Assembly: GCA_963664305.2 (NCBI GenBank)
Contig: CAXXLV010000002.1
Location: 256,001-320,000, forward strand
Source of the DNA: an uncultured Aliarcobacter sp.
GTDB lineage: Bacteria > Campylobacterota > Campylobacteria > Campylobacterales > Arcobacteraceae
Direction of reading: 5' to 3'
DNA: 64,000 nucleotides
Below, in pieces: positions 51,002 to 60,426 of the stretch. Made by a program: the position numbers and the translations under genes. Positions within the stretch are counted from its first letter, which is position 1; each line of letters opens with the position of its first letter. The notes under the pieces are model-generated. The model searched no databases. It saw only the letters and a list, made by a program, of their open reading frames with translations, and had not been told where the DNA came from.

Positions 51002-52743
51002 TGGCAAAAAAACATTTAGTAATTGACCCAATTACAAGAATAGAAGGACATCTTAGAATTGAAGCAATCATTGATGAAAACAATGTTGTAACAGATGCTT
51101 ACTCTTCTTCAACTATGTTTAGAGGAATTGAAGAGATTTTAAAAGGAAGAGACCCAAGAGATTGTGGACTTTTAGCTATGAGAATTTGTGGAGTTTGTAC
51201 AGGAACTCACTATCAAAGAAGTATTGAAGCTGTTGAACATGCATTTAATATTACAATTCCTAAAAATGCAAGATTAGTAAGAAACCTAATCCAAGGTGCT
51301 TTATATGTTCATGACCATATTGTTCACTTCTATCATTTACATGCTCTTGACTGGGTTGATATCACAGAAGCTTTAAAAGCAGATCCTAAAGCAACAGTTG
51401 CAGAAGCTCAAAAATGGGCAGCAGTTTCAGGACATAGACCATGGAATGCAACAGAAGATGTTTATGCACAAGTTCAAGAAAGAGTTACAAAATATGTAAA
51501 ACAAGGAAGACTTGGGATTTTTGGAAATGCATATTGGGGAAGCAAAGGATTTAAACTTACTCCTGAGCAAAACTTAATTGGACTTTCACACTATTTAGAT
51601 GCACTTGAATTACAAAGAGATTTAGCAAAAATGATGGCTATTTTTGGTGGTAAAAATCCACATCCACAATCTTTCGTTGTTGGTGGAGTAACTTGTGTTC
51701 AAGATATTAAAAATCCTGCAAGAATTGCAGAATTTAAACAAATCTTAAAAAGAGGTCAAAAGTTCACTAAAGAAGCATATTTACCAGATGTTTATATGGC
51801 TGGAACAATGTATGCAGAAGAAGCATTAGAAGGAATTGGTGGTGGTTTAGGAAACTATATGTCTTATGGAGACTTTAGATTAGATGATTTACCATTCTAT
51901 GAATCTTCAAAATTATTCCCTTCAGGAATTGTAAAAAATAAAGATTTATCAAAAGTTTATGAAATTGACCAAACAAAAATTACAGAAGATGTAACTCATG
52001 CTTGGTATGAAGGAAATACAAATCTTCACCCATTTGATGGAGTAACAAAACCTAACTATACAGGATTTGGTAAAAAAGAAGATAATATCGCTTATTTAGA
52101 TACAACTAAAAAATATTCTTGGATTAAATCACCATTATATAATGATGAAAGAATGGAAGTTGGACCATTAGCAAGGATGATTGTTGGTGTTGCTAAAGGT
52201 GATGAAAGAATTACAAAATATGTAACAACTTTCTTAAAAAATGGTAATTTACCAACAAAAGTATTATTCTCAACAGTTGGAAGAACAGCTGCAAGAGCTA
52301 TTGAAACTGAATTAATGGCTGATGTTATGATGGAATGGGTTGATGAATTAGCATCAAACGTTGCACATGGTGATTTATCAACTTGGACAGAATTTAACTT
52401 TGAAAATGTTTCTAAAGATTGTCAAGGTTATGGAATGGCTGAAGCTCCAAGAGGTGGATTAGGTCACTGGATAAAAATAAAAGATGGTAAAGTTGTAAAT
52501 TATCAAGCAGTTGTTCCATCAACTTGGAATGCAGCACCAAGAGATTATAAAGGAAGATTAGGTGCTTATGAATCATCATTAATTGGTACAAAAGTAGCAA
52601 ATCCTGATCAACCACTTGAAATTTTAAGAACTGTTCATAGTTTTGACCCATGTATTGCTTGTGCAGTACATATTATTGATACTAACGGTAAAGAGTTAGG
52701 AGTTTATAAAGTAGATCCAATTGGAGGAACAAGCCGTGCCTAA
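51001..52743 (+). CDS. hydB: Membrane-bound uptake [NiFe]-hydrogenase large subunit
   Basis: DPITRIEGH, RICGVC, DPCIACAVH plus a cleavable C-terminal extension. Confidence 0.97.
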   Translation: MAKKHLVIDPITRIEGHLRIEAIIDENNVVTDAYSSSTMFRGIEEILKGRDPRDCGLLAMRICGVCTGTHYQRSIEAVEHAFNITIPKNARLVRNLIQGALYVHDHIVHFYHLHALDWVDITEALKADPKATVAEAQKWAAVSGHRPWNATEDVYAQVQERVTKYVKQGRLGIFGNAYWGSKGFKLTPEQNLIGLSHYLDALELQRDLAKMMAIFGGKNPHPQSFVVGGVTCVQDIKNPARIAEFKQILKRGQKFTKEAYLPDVYMAGTMYAEEALEGIGGGLGNYMSYGDFRLDDLPFYESSKLFPSGIVKNKDLSKVYEIDQTKITEDVTHAWYEGNTNLHPFDGVTKPNYTGFGKKEDNIAYLDTTKKYSWIKSPLYNDERMEVGPLARMIVGVAKGDERITKYVTTFLKNGNLPTKVLFSTVGRTAARAIETELMADVMMEWVDELASNVAHGDLSTWTEFNFENVSKDCQGYGMAEAPRGGLGHWIKIKDGKVVNYQAVVPSTWNAAPRDYKGRLGAYESSLIGTKVANPDQPLEILRTVHSFDPCIACAVHIIDTNGKELGVYKVDPIGGTSRA

Positions 52744-53437
52744 AATAAAAGAGGTTAAAAGAATGACAGGAACTATGAGAATCATACATTGGGCAAATGC
52801 TATATGTATGGTAGTTGCTGTTGTAACCGGTTTATATATAGGTCATCCATACTATCAAACATTTATAGCAGATCCAGCAGTGGATAAATATGTAATGGCA
52901 TGGAATAGATGGGGACATTTTATTGTTGCAATTATTTTTGACGTAACTGCTGTATTAATTGGTTATTTATACTTCTTTTCAAGATTTGAAAAACCATATA
53001 AAAAACTAATTCCTACAAAGAAAAATATTGTTGAATTTTGTGAGGTATTTTTAAATTTAATTACTTTTAATAGAAGAAAAAATTTTGATTCTTCTCATAG
53101 TGATAGTTATAATATTGTATTTTTTACAATATTTCACTTATTGTTAATATTTATGTTATTTACTGGACTTCAGTTATATGTTCATGGTTTAGCTTCAGGA
53201 AACAGCTCTATTGGTGCTTGGTGGCCTGCCATGTTACATTTAACAACAGATTGGACTATAACAGTTTTTGGTGGAAATATGGGAGTTAGAATTGCTCATC
53301 ATACATCAATGTATTTGATTTTAGTTTGGGTAATGTGTCATATTTATTATCAAATCTGGAGAACAATCTTCTGGAAAGAGGGAGATATTGCTATTGTTAT
53401 TGGTGGTAGTAAATTTGTAAGAGAAGAAGAGAAATAA
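52736..53437 (+). CDS. hydC: Hydrogenase cytochrome b subunit
   Basis: RIIHW, RWGHF, AHH and CHIY heme His motifs; GTG at 52736 after GGAGG. Confidence 0.93.
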   Translation: MPKIKEVKRMTGTMRIIHWANAICMVVAVVTGLYIGHPYYQTFIADPAVDKYVMAWNRWGHFIVAIIFDVTAVLIGYLYFFSRFEKPYKKLIPTKKNIVEFCEVFLNLITFNRRKNFDSSHSDSYNIVFFTIFHLLLIFMLFTGLQLYVHGLASGNSSIGAWWPAMLHLTTDWTITVFGGNMGVRIAHHTSMYLILVWVMCHIYYQIWRTIFWKEGDIAIVIGGSKFVREEEK

Positions 53438-53506
53438 GACTAAGCGCAAAGCTTAGTCTTATAACTTTTTTATAAGTTTAAATTGTAGATTTATAAAAGA
53501 GTTATA
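53434..53506 (+). other. Tandem RNA hairpins between hydC and hydD
   Basis: 12-bp perfect stem at 53434-53462; 21-bp stem at 53460-53506 with three G-U pairs. Confidence 0.65.
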
Positions 53507-53519
53507 AAGGGTGTAATTT

Positions 53520-54110
53520 ATGAAAAAAAATATTGTTGTTGGCGTTGGAAATATGCTTTTTAAAGATGAAGGCATAGGAATTTATGCAAGTGAATATATC
53601 AAACAAAATTATGAGTTTGATGATAAAGATTTAGAAATCATTGATGGTGGAACATTAGGATTTAAATTAATGGCATATTTTCAAGAGTATGATAATGTAA
53701 TTATTTTAGATACAGTTTCTATAGAAGATGAAGTTGGAGGCATCTATAGACTTCCAAGTGATGTTCTTTTAGGACTTGGAAATTATAGAAAAACAGCTCA
53801 CGAAGTTGAAATTGTTGAGATGTTAGAGATAGTTTCTGTTTTAGATTCTCATGCAAATGTAACAATCATTGGAATTATTCCACAAGATATTGAAAGTGTT
53901 GAAATAGGGCTTACAAAAGCTATGGAAGATAAGTTTGAAGAGTTTATTCTAAATGGTATCAAAGAGATAGAATCTTTAGGTATTAAAGCAACAAAAATCA
54001 ATGATATAAAAATTAGTGATGTTGTAAAAAGCATGATTGGTAGTTACAATGGTGAACACTTAACTAGAATTCCAAATGAGGAAGATTTTACACATGCAAT
54101 TAATTTATAA
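53520..54110 (+). CDS. hydD: Hydrogenase maturation protease
   Basis: GVGNMLFKDEGIG, IDGGTLG, TAHE. Confidence 0.95.
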   Translation: MKKNIVVGVGNMLFKDEGIGIYASEYIKQNYEFDDKDLEIIDGGTLGFKLMAYFQEYDNVIILDTVSIEDEVGGIYRLPSDVLLGLGNYRKTAHEVEIVEMLEIVSVLDSHANVTIIGIIPQDIESVEIGLTKAMEDKFEEFILNGIKEIESLGIKATKINDIKISDVVKSMIGSYNGEHLTRIPNEEDFTHAINL

Positions 54111-55626
54111 AATAGAATTTAATACAACAAATTTATATTTTAAATATATTATAAACTCTTTAATAAAAGAAGCTAATGTAAATGCTGTTTGTAAACAATA
54201 TAAAGGCTTTATATTAATTATTTTAGAAGAAACATCAGAAAATATAGAGAGTTTTTTTGCTTTATTAGAAAAAAAACTTCCTATGTCTATTTTCATTGGA
54301 AATTCTTATGTAGTTGAAAGTTATGATGAAAATTTAGAAGAATTAGAAGATTTTGAAATAAAACAAAATCTTCATTTACTTACAAATGATGAAATAAAAA
54401 AGATTATAGAAGAAAACAATATTGATTTTTTAAATGATATTGTAAAAATATCAAAAGGTGAGATTTCAAGATTTGAAACACATAATGGTCTAAAAGACTA
54501 CTTTCTACCAAATAAAGATATTAGAGAAGATTTTGAAAGAAGAGGTTTTGAAGTTAAACTTCTTATTACTGATGTGTCAAAATTAGATGAACTTTTTGAT
54601 TTAAATATGAAAGATTTTCAACTTCTTTGTTCGATAGAAAGACCATTGGTAAAACTTAAATTTAAACTTTTAAAAAATGCTAATAAAGAGTTTAGTTCAA
54701 CAAATTTTATTTATGCAAAAATTCCTGATGATAAAGAAGTAGTTTTATTTGCAAAAGCTTTAAAAGAAAATGGCATAAACTATGTTTTATATACAAATGA
54801 TGAAGTTTATCAAGATGGATTAAAAGTTACATATACAAAAGAACAAAACATTATTATCTCAGGAGATAAAGGTTTATTCCCTAAATATGATTTTATTGCA
54901 AGAGAAAAGTTTAATAGTTCAAAAGAGTATTTTGATGCAAATGGTGGAGTTTACAAAGCAATTCTTGCTCAAACTGCAAAAAGATTAATTCCAACTGTTG
55001 GAGTATATTTTTCTTTAAATTCTCAAAATAGTTCAATTTCAATAAATATCCCAACAAAAGGTATTAAACAGATTATTGAAATACCAAATATTCATAATAG
55101 TATTAAAAATTGTTTTGAAGAAATAGCTGATATTGATGAACATTGTTCAAGATTAATTACTAATTTTTCTAAAAAATTTCCAAAAGTATTGGAAAATGAT
55201 GTTCCTGCAAATGCAAATGGATTTGAATCTATTATAAATTTATGTGCAAAAGTTTTAGGCGTAAATAGTGCTAAAGAGTTTGAAGATTATGCTTTAAGTA
55301 CAAGTTTATCAAGTGGTATTCAAATAGATATGAAACTTATAAATTTTAATGGGACTAATTATTTAGATTATAGAAGAGTAGTTCAATCAATCATGGCTTA
55401 TAAAATGGCAGATGTTGATAATATAACTCTAATTTATTCATTTTATGAAAGCTTGAGTGAATTTATTAGTAACTATGTAAATGAAATTGCAAAAGAGACA
55501 AAAGCAAATGATGTTGTTTTGTGTGGAAATATGTTTGCAAACTTAATTTTACTTTCAAAAACAACAAAAGCTTTAAGTAAAACTTACAATCTTATCCTTC
55601 CAAAAGAGTATCCATTAGATTATTAA
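54094..55626 (+). CDS. hydE: HydE-like hydrogenase accessory protein (degenerate HypF-related)
   Basis: Position after hydD; LCSIERPLV and VVLCGNMF resemble HypF segments; ATG 54094 is the likely start. Confidence 0.65.
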   Translation: MQLIYKIEFNTTNLYFKYIINSLIKEANVNAVCKQYKGFILIILEETSENIESFFALLEKKLPMSIFIGNSYVVESYDENLEELEDFEIKQNLHLLTNDEIKKIIEENNIDFLNDIVKISKGEISRFETHNGLKDYFLPNKDIREDFERRGFEVKLLITDVSKLDELFDLNMKDFQLLCSIERPLVKLKFKLLKNANKEFSSTNFIYAKIPDDKEVVLFAKALKENGINYVLYTNDEVYQDGLKVTYTKEQNIIISGDKGLFPKYDFIAREKFNSSKEYFDANGGVYKAILAQTAKRLIPTVGVYFSLNSQNSSISINIPTKGIKQIIEIPNIHNSIKNCFEEIADIDEHCSRLITNFSKKFPKVLENDVPANANGFESIINLCAKVLGVNSAKEFEDYALSTSLSSGIQIDMKLINFNGTNYLDYRRVVQSIMAYKMADVDNITLIYSFYESLSEFISNYVNEIAKETKANDVVLCGNMFANLILLSKTTKALSKTYNLILPKEYPLDY

Positions 55627-55655
55627 GAATAAAATTTATCTTTTGATATTCTTTT

Positions 55656-55689
55656 TTCATAATTATTATAGTAATATAATAATTATGAA
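55656..55689. promoter_or_regulatory. Perfect 15-bp inverted repeat with tandem Fur/PerR-like boxes
   Basis: TTCATAATTATTATA-GTAA-TATAATAATTATGAA, containing TATAAT. Confidence 0.55.
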
Positions 55690-55706
55690 TTATAAAAGGA
55701 AATATT

Positions 55707-56588
55707 ATGGATACTACATTTGACACACAAAATCTAAAAAAAGCACTTAGACAGCAACAAAATGAGATAAATGACCATACTATTTATAAGATTTTAGCAA
55801 CCTATCAAGATGATGAAAACAACAAAAAAATTTTTGAAAAAATATCAAAAGAAGAAAAAGCACACTATGATTTTTGGGTAAAAATTACAAATAAAGAGAT
55901 AAAAGCACAAAAATTTGTAGTATTGTGGTTTGTTTTTCTAGTAAAAATTTTTGGAACATCTTTTGCTTTAAAATCTTTGGAAAAAAGAGAAGCGGGAGCA
56001 GAGGAGTTTTACAAAGAACTTTTTGAAATCTATCCTGAATCACAAAAAATATATAAACAAGAAACTGAACATGAGTTTGAACTTATTGATATGTTAAATG
56101 ATAAAAAACTTTTATATGCTGGAGCTATAGTTTTAGGAATGAATGATGCTTTAGTTGAATTAACTGGAACATTAAGCGGAATAGCATTAGCTTTTGATAA
56201 AAGTTTGGTTGTTGGATTAACAGGATTGATTATGGGAATAGCTGCATCTTTATCAATGGCGGGATCAGCTTATCTTGAAGCTAAAGAAAATCCAATTGAA
56301 GAGATAAATCCTTTAGTTTATTCACTTTATACAGGTGTTTCTTATATTTTAACAACAGCTATTTTAGTTATTCCATTTTTTATATTTGATTCAATGATAG
56401 AATCATTAATAATGATGTTTATTGGTGCATTTATAGCTATTCTTTCTTATAATTTTTATATTAGTGTAGCAAAAGATTTAAGTTTTAGTAAAAGAGTGCT
56501 TCAAATGTCAGCAATTACATTTGGAGTTGCAATAATCTCATTTTTGATAGGTTACTTAGTAAAATATTATTTTGGACTTGAAATATAA
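55707..56588 (+). CDS. Ferritin-like (rubrerythrin) domain plus VIT1/CCC1 transporter
   Basis: EEKAH and ETEH ExxH motifs; VLGMNDALVE, AASLSMAGSAYL. Confidence 0.88.
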   Translation: MDTTFDTQNLKKALRQQQNEINDHTIYKILATYQDDENNKKIFEKISKEEKAHYDFWVKITNKEIKAQKFVVLWFVFLVKIFGTSFALKSLEKREAGAEEFYKELFEIYPESQKIYKQETEHEFELIDMLNDKKLLYAGAIVLGMNDALVELTGTLSGIALAFDKSLVVGLTGLIMGIAASLSMAGSAYLEAKENPIEEINPLVYSLYTGVSYILTTAILVIPFFIFDSMIESLIMMFIGAFIAILSYNFYISVAKDLSFSKRVLQMSAITFGVAIISFLIGYLVKYYFGLEI

Positions 56589-56614
56589 ATAAGGTTTCTA
56601 TAAAACCTTATTTA
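56586..56614 (+). terminator. Hairpin after the VIT1 gene
   Basis: TAAATAAGGTTT/AAACCTTATTTA. Confidence 0.6.
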
Positions 56615-56646
56615 GTTTCAAAGAATAAAACTCTCTTTTTTTATTG

Positions 56647-56730
56647 AAATGAATCTTTATTCATTTAGTCAAGAAAATTTAACCAAAAAGATTATAGAAT
56701 GCTTTTAATAAAAAAGTGAATACCTATTCA
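56647..56730 (+). promoter_or_regulatory. Two putative TetR operators flanking a -10 box
   Basis: AAATGAAT-CTTT-ATTCATTT at 56647-56666; TAGAAT at 56695-56700; TGAAT-ACCT-ATTCA at 56717-56730. Confidence 0.6.
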
Positions 56731-56745
56731 TAAAAGAGAGAAGCA

Positions 56746-58146
56746 ATGGTTAAAGAACTTCCTAATAAAAGTTCAATTTCTTTATTTGAAGAGAAAAAAA
56801 TCCCCTTTTGTCAGACTTGTTTAAAAGAAGTAGAAGAAGAGGGAAATAAAGAGTATTACAATGCTTTTAAATCTTGTAAAAATTGTACGGGATTTGAAGA
56901 AGCAAAATTTATTTTTGAAAAAAAAGAGATAGCTTCAAATAAAATATTATTTGAAAAACTTGCTTCATTAATAAATGAAGATAAAAAGATAAAAATAAAA
57001 ACATTAAGTGGAATATTTATCTTTTCTAAACTAAAAAACATTGAGAATAGTTCAAAATTATTAGTAACAAATCTAAAAAATATCAATACTCTAGTTATTG
57101 AAAAAAAAGTAGAAATAGAAGCTTTATCCAGCGTGGAAAAACCATCTATTGATTTTGAAATAAATGAGAGTTATAAACAAAAGAACAATATAAAAAAAGA
57201 GAAGATTAATATCAGATTTTCAAATGATTTAACTTTATTTTTATTGTCAAAAAAGTTAGAGAAATATGAGATAAATTTTTTAAATATTGAAGAAACTGGT
57301 GAATTTGACTATTTTTTAGATGTAAAATGTAAAAAAGATATTTATATAGATATTCCAAAAATCAAATGTTTTGATGATAAAAAATTGATTTTAGAATCAA
57401 ATTCTTATCCAAAAAAGTTAGATTTGGTATTTGAAAAATTTAAAGAAAAAAATAAAGCTCAATTTATGACAGTTTTATGGGAAAATAATCTTTTTAAAGA
57501 GTCAATATTAAACTTTTATATTAGTAGTAAAAATAATGATGGAATAAGTTACTATTCTGAAGAAATAGATGGCTTAGTTGATATTATAGAGCCATTACCT
57601 ATTCCAAAATCTATAAAAAAGATATTTGAAGAAATAGAAAAAGAGTCAAAAGGTAAAAAGCTTATTTCAAGCTATAAAAAAAAGTTTCCAGAAGATTATA
57701 AAATAGCTTTAAATAGTCCAATATCTTTCGTAAATAATTCCTTTTTTACATACTTTCAAATAGCTAAAATAGTTTTAAATTTTGAAAAAGAGATACTTGA
57801 AAATGCAACAGAATGTTTGTTAGAAAAAGGACTTAGAATAGATTATAAATTATTTGATTCTAAAAAGATATTTCATAGAAAATTTGATTATATAGCACTG
57901 TTTAGCTCAGCAATTAGTTTTAAACTAGCAGGTGTGGATGAAAGAGCTATATCTCTAGGATTTATTGAAAGTTTAGCGAATTTTATTGCAAATGAAATAG
58001 ATAATATAAATAGTGTTTATGCTATTTCAGGAATTAGTTTATGTGGAGATATGTTTACTAATGATAAGTTCAATTTTTTAGTAGAAAAAAATATAACAAA
58101 GAGTTTTAAAATCTATTACAATAAAGAGTTTGTCATTCAAAAATAG
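56746..58146 (+). CDS. HypF/HydE-related accessory protein with one CxxC-x18-CxxC zinc finger
   Basis: CQTC-x18-CKNC; segments align by eye with the adjacent HypF; C-terminal ISLCGDMF. Confidence 0.65.
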   Translation: MVKELPNKSSISLFEEKKIPFCQTCLKEVEEEGNKEYYNAFKSCKNCTGFEEAKFIFEKKEIASNKILFEKLASLINEDKKIKIKTLSGIFIFSKLKNIENSSKLLVTNLKNINTLVIEKKVEIEALSSVEKPSIDFEINESYKQKNNIKKEKINIRFSNDLTLFLLSKKLEKYEINFLNIEETGEFDYFLDVKCKKDIYIDIPKIKCFDDKKLILESNSYPKKLDLVFEKFKEKNKAQFMTVLWENNLFKESILNFYISSKNNDGISYYSEEIDGLVDIIEPLPIPKSIKKIFEEIEKESKGKKLISSYKKKFPEDYKIALNSPISFVNNSFFTYFQIAKIVLNFEKEILENATECLLEKGLRIDYKLFDSKKIFHRKFDYIALFSSAISFKLAGVDERAISLGFIESLANFIANEIDNINSVYAISGISLCGDMFTNDKFNFLVEKNITKSFKIYYNKEFVIQK

Positions 58147-58179
58147 GTATAGTTTTAAAATTGTACAAAAAGTGAAGAA

Positions 58180-60426
58180 ATGATAAATTTAAAAATAGAA
58201 GTTACAGGTATAGTTCAAGGGGTAGGTTTTCGTCCTTTTATATATAATCTAGCGATAAAACATAATATAAAAGGCTGGGTTAATAATGACGAAAAAGGTG
58301 TAAATATTTTTCTTTATGCAAAAGAAGAAGATATAGAAAACTTTACAGATGAACTAAAATCAAATCCTCCAATCTTGGCAAAAATAGATTCAATAAAAAT
58401 TGAAAAAATAACTAATAAAACTGACTATAAAGATTTCCAAATAATAGAGAGTTCAAGCTCAAATAATAAAACTACAATTATCTCTCCTGACATTGCAATA
58501 TGTGAAGATTGTATCAATGAAATCAATGATATGTCTAACTTTAGATACAATTATTGTTTAACAAATTGTACAAATTGTGGCCCTAGATATTCTATAATAA
58601 AAACTGTACCTTATGATAGAGAAAATACCTCTATGAGAGAGTTTAAATTATGCAAAAAATGCCAAGAAGAGTATGAAAATCCTACAAATAGAAGATATCA
58701 TGCTCAGCCAGTTTCTTGTGAAGTTTGTGGCCCTAATGCAACTTTGTATAATAAAAAAAATATAGAAATATCTAACAATATAGAAGCGATAGAAAAAACA
58801 GCTAAATTAATAGATGAAGGTTACATCGTAGCTGTAAAAGGAATGGGTGGTTTTCATTTAATATGTGATGCTACAAATGATAAAATTGTAAGTAAATTAA
58901 GGACTATTAAGAATAGACCAACTAAGCCATATGCACTACTTTTTAATAATATTAATACTATTAAAGAATATACAAATATAGATTTTATAGAAGAAGAGAT
59001 TTTAAACTCTAAAGAGAAACCAATTGTTCTTGTAAATAAAAAAGAAAATAGCTCCTTATCAAAATACATAGCACCAAATGTTAATAAATTAGGATGCTTT
59101 ATAGCTTATACACCTTTACACCATTTGTTATTTAGATATATAAACAAACCACTTGTTGCAACAAGTGCAAATCTTAAAGATGAACCAATAATAAGAAGTA
59201 AAAAAGAGATTTTTGAGAAGTTGATAGATGTTGTTGATTTTATTTTAGATTTTAATAGAGAAATCGTAAATGCATGTGATGATTCTATTATACAAGTTGT
59301 TAAAAAATATAATATAAAACTAAGAAATGCTAGAGGTTATGCACCAACTGCAATAAAATTGGATAAAAAAGTTGATAAAAAGATTTTATCTTTAGGTGCA
59401 AATCAAAAATCTACTATCTCATTAGCCTTTGAAAATAATTTAATTTTATCTCCTCATATTGGAGATTTAAACTCTATAGAATCAGTTGAATATTTTGAAA
59501 GAACAATTAATACTTTTAAAAATTTTTATGATTTTGAACCAGAAGTTGTAATTTGCGATAAACATCCAAATTATGAATCTACAAAAATAGCTTTAAAACT
59601 AAAAGAAAATAATCCAAATATTAAATTGGTTCAAATACAGCATCATTATGCACATATTCTTTCTGTAATGGCTGAAAATAGACTTGATGAAGAAGTTTTA
59701 GGCTTTGCATTTGATGGAACAGGTTATGGAGATGATGGGAATATTTGGGGAGGTGAAGTATTATTAACTACAAGAAAAGAGTATAAAAGGGTTAAGTATA
59801 TCAAATACTTTAGACTTTTTGGTGGAGAAATGGCAGTAAAAGAGCCAAAAAGAGTTGCTTTGAGTCTTTTATTTGATACTTTTTCATTAGATGAAATTTT
59901 AGCTTTAGATATTCCAACTGTAAAGGCATTTAAAGAAGCAGAAATCAAAATGTTTTATACAATGTGGCAAAAAGGATTAAATGCACCTTTATGTAGCTCT
60001 ATAGGGCGTTTATTTGATGCAATTTCTTCTTTTGCAGATATTTTACATACTCAAACTTATGAAGGTGAAACGGGCTTACAAATAGAGCAAAACTATGATA
60101 GTTCGATAACTTCATCATATTCTTATGAAATAACTGAAAATGAAATAGATTTAAGACCAATAATAAAAGAATTAATTAAAGAAAAAGATAAAAAAATCAT
60201 CTGTTCTAAATTCATAAATACTATTGTAAATCTTATTTTAGAAATCTCAAATTCATACAAAAATTTACCTGTTATTTTAAGTGGTGGAGTTTTTCAAAAT
60301 AAAACTTTACTTGAAATTTTAATTGATAAATTTGAAGAGCAGGGTAGAGTTCTTTACTTCAATATTGATATTCCATCAAATGATGGTGGTATCAGTATAG
60401 GACAAATATATCATCAATACATATAA
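58180..60426 (+). CDS. hypF: Carbamoyltransferase HypF
   Basis: GIVQGVGFRPF, two CxxC-x18-CxxC fingers, QHHYAH, DGTGYG, NDGGISIGQ. Confidence 0.97.
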   Translation: MINLKIEVTGIVQGVGFRPFIYNLAIKHNIKGWVNNDEKGVNIFLYAKEEDIENFTDELKSNPPILAKIDSIKIEKITNKTDYKDFQIIESSSSNNKTTIISPDIAICEDCINEINDMSNFRYNYCLTNCTNCGPRYSIIKTVPYDRENTSMREFKLCKKCQEEYENPTNRRYHAQPVSCEVCGPNATLYNKKNIEISNNIEAIEKTAKLIDEGYIVAVKGMGGFHLICDATNDKIVSKLRTIKNRPTKPYALLFNNINTIKEYTNIDFIEEEILNSKEKPIVLVNKKENSSLSKYIAPNVNKLGCFIAYTPLHHLLFRYINKPLVATSANLKDEPIIRSKKEIFEKLIDVVDFILDFNREIVNACDDSIIQVVKKYNIKLRNARGYAPTAIKLDKKVDKKILSLGANQKSTISLAFENNLILSPHIGDLNSIESVEYFERTINTFKNFYDFEPEVVICDKHPNYESTKIALKLKENNPNIKLVQIQHHYAHILSVMAENRLDEEVLGFAFDGTGYGDDGNIWGGEVLLTTRKEYKRVKYIKYFRLFGGEMAVKEPKRVALSLLFDTFSLDEILALDIPTVKAFKEAEIKMFYTMWQKGLNAPLCSSIGRLFDAISSFADILHTQTYEGETGLQIEQNYDSSITSSYSYEITENEIDLRPIIKELIKEKDKKIICSKFINTIVNLILEISNSYKNLPVILSGGVFQNKTLLEILIDKFEEQGRVLYFNIDIPSNDGGISIGQIYHQYI

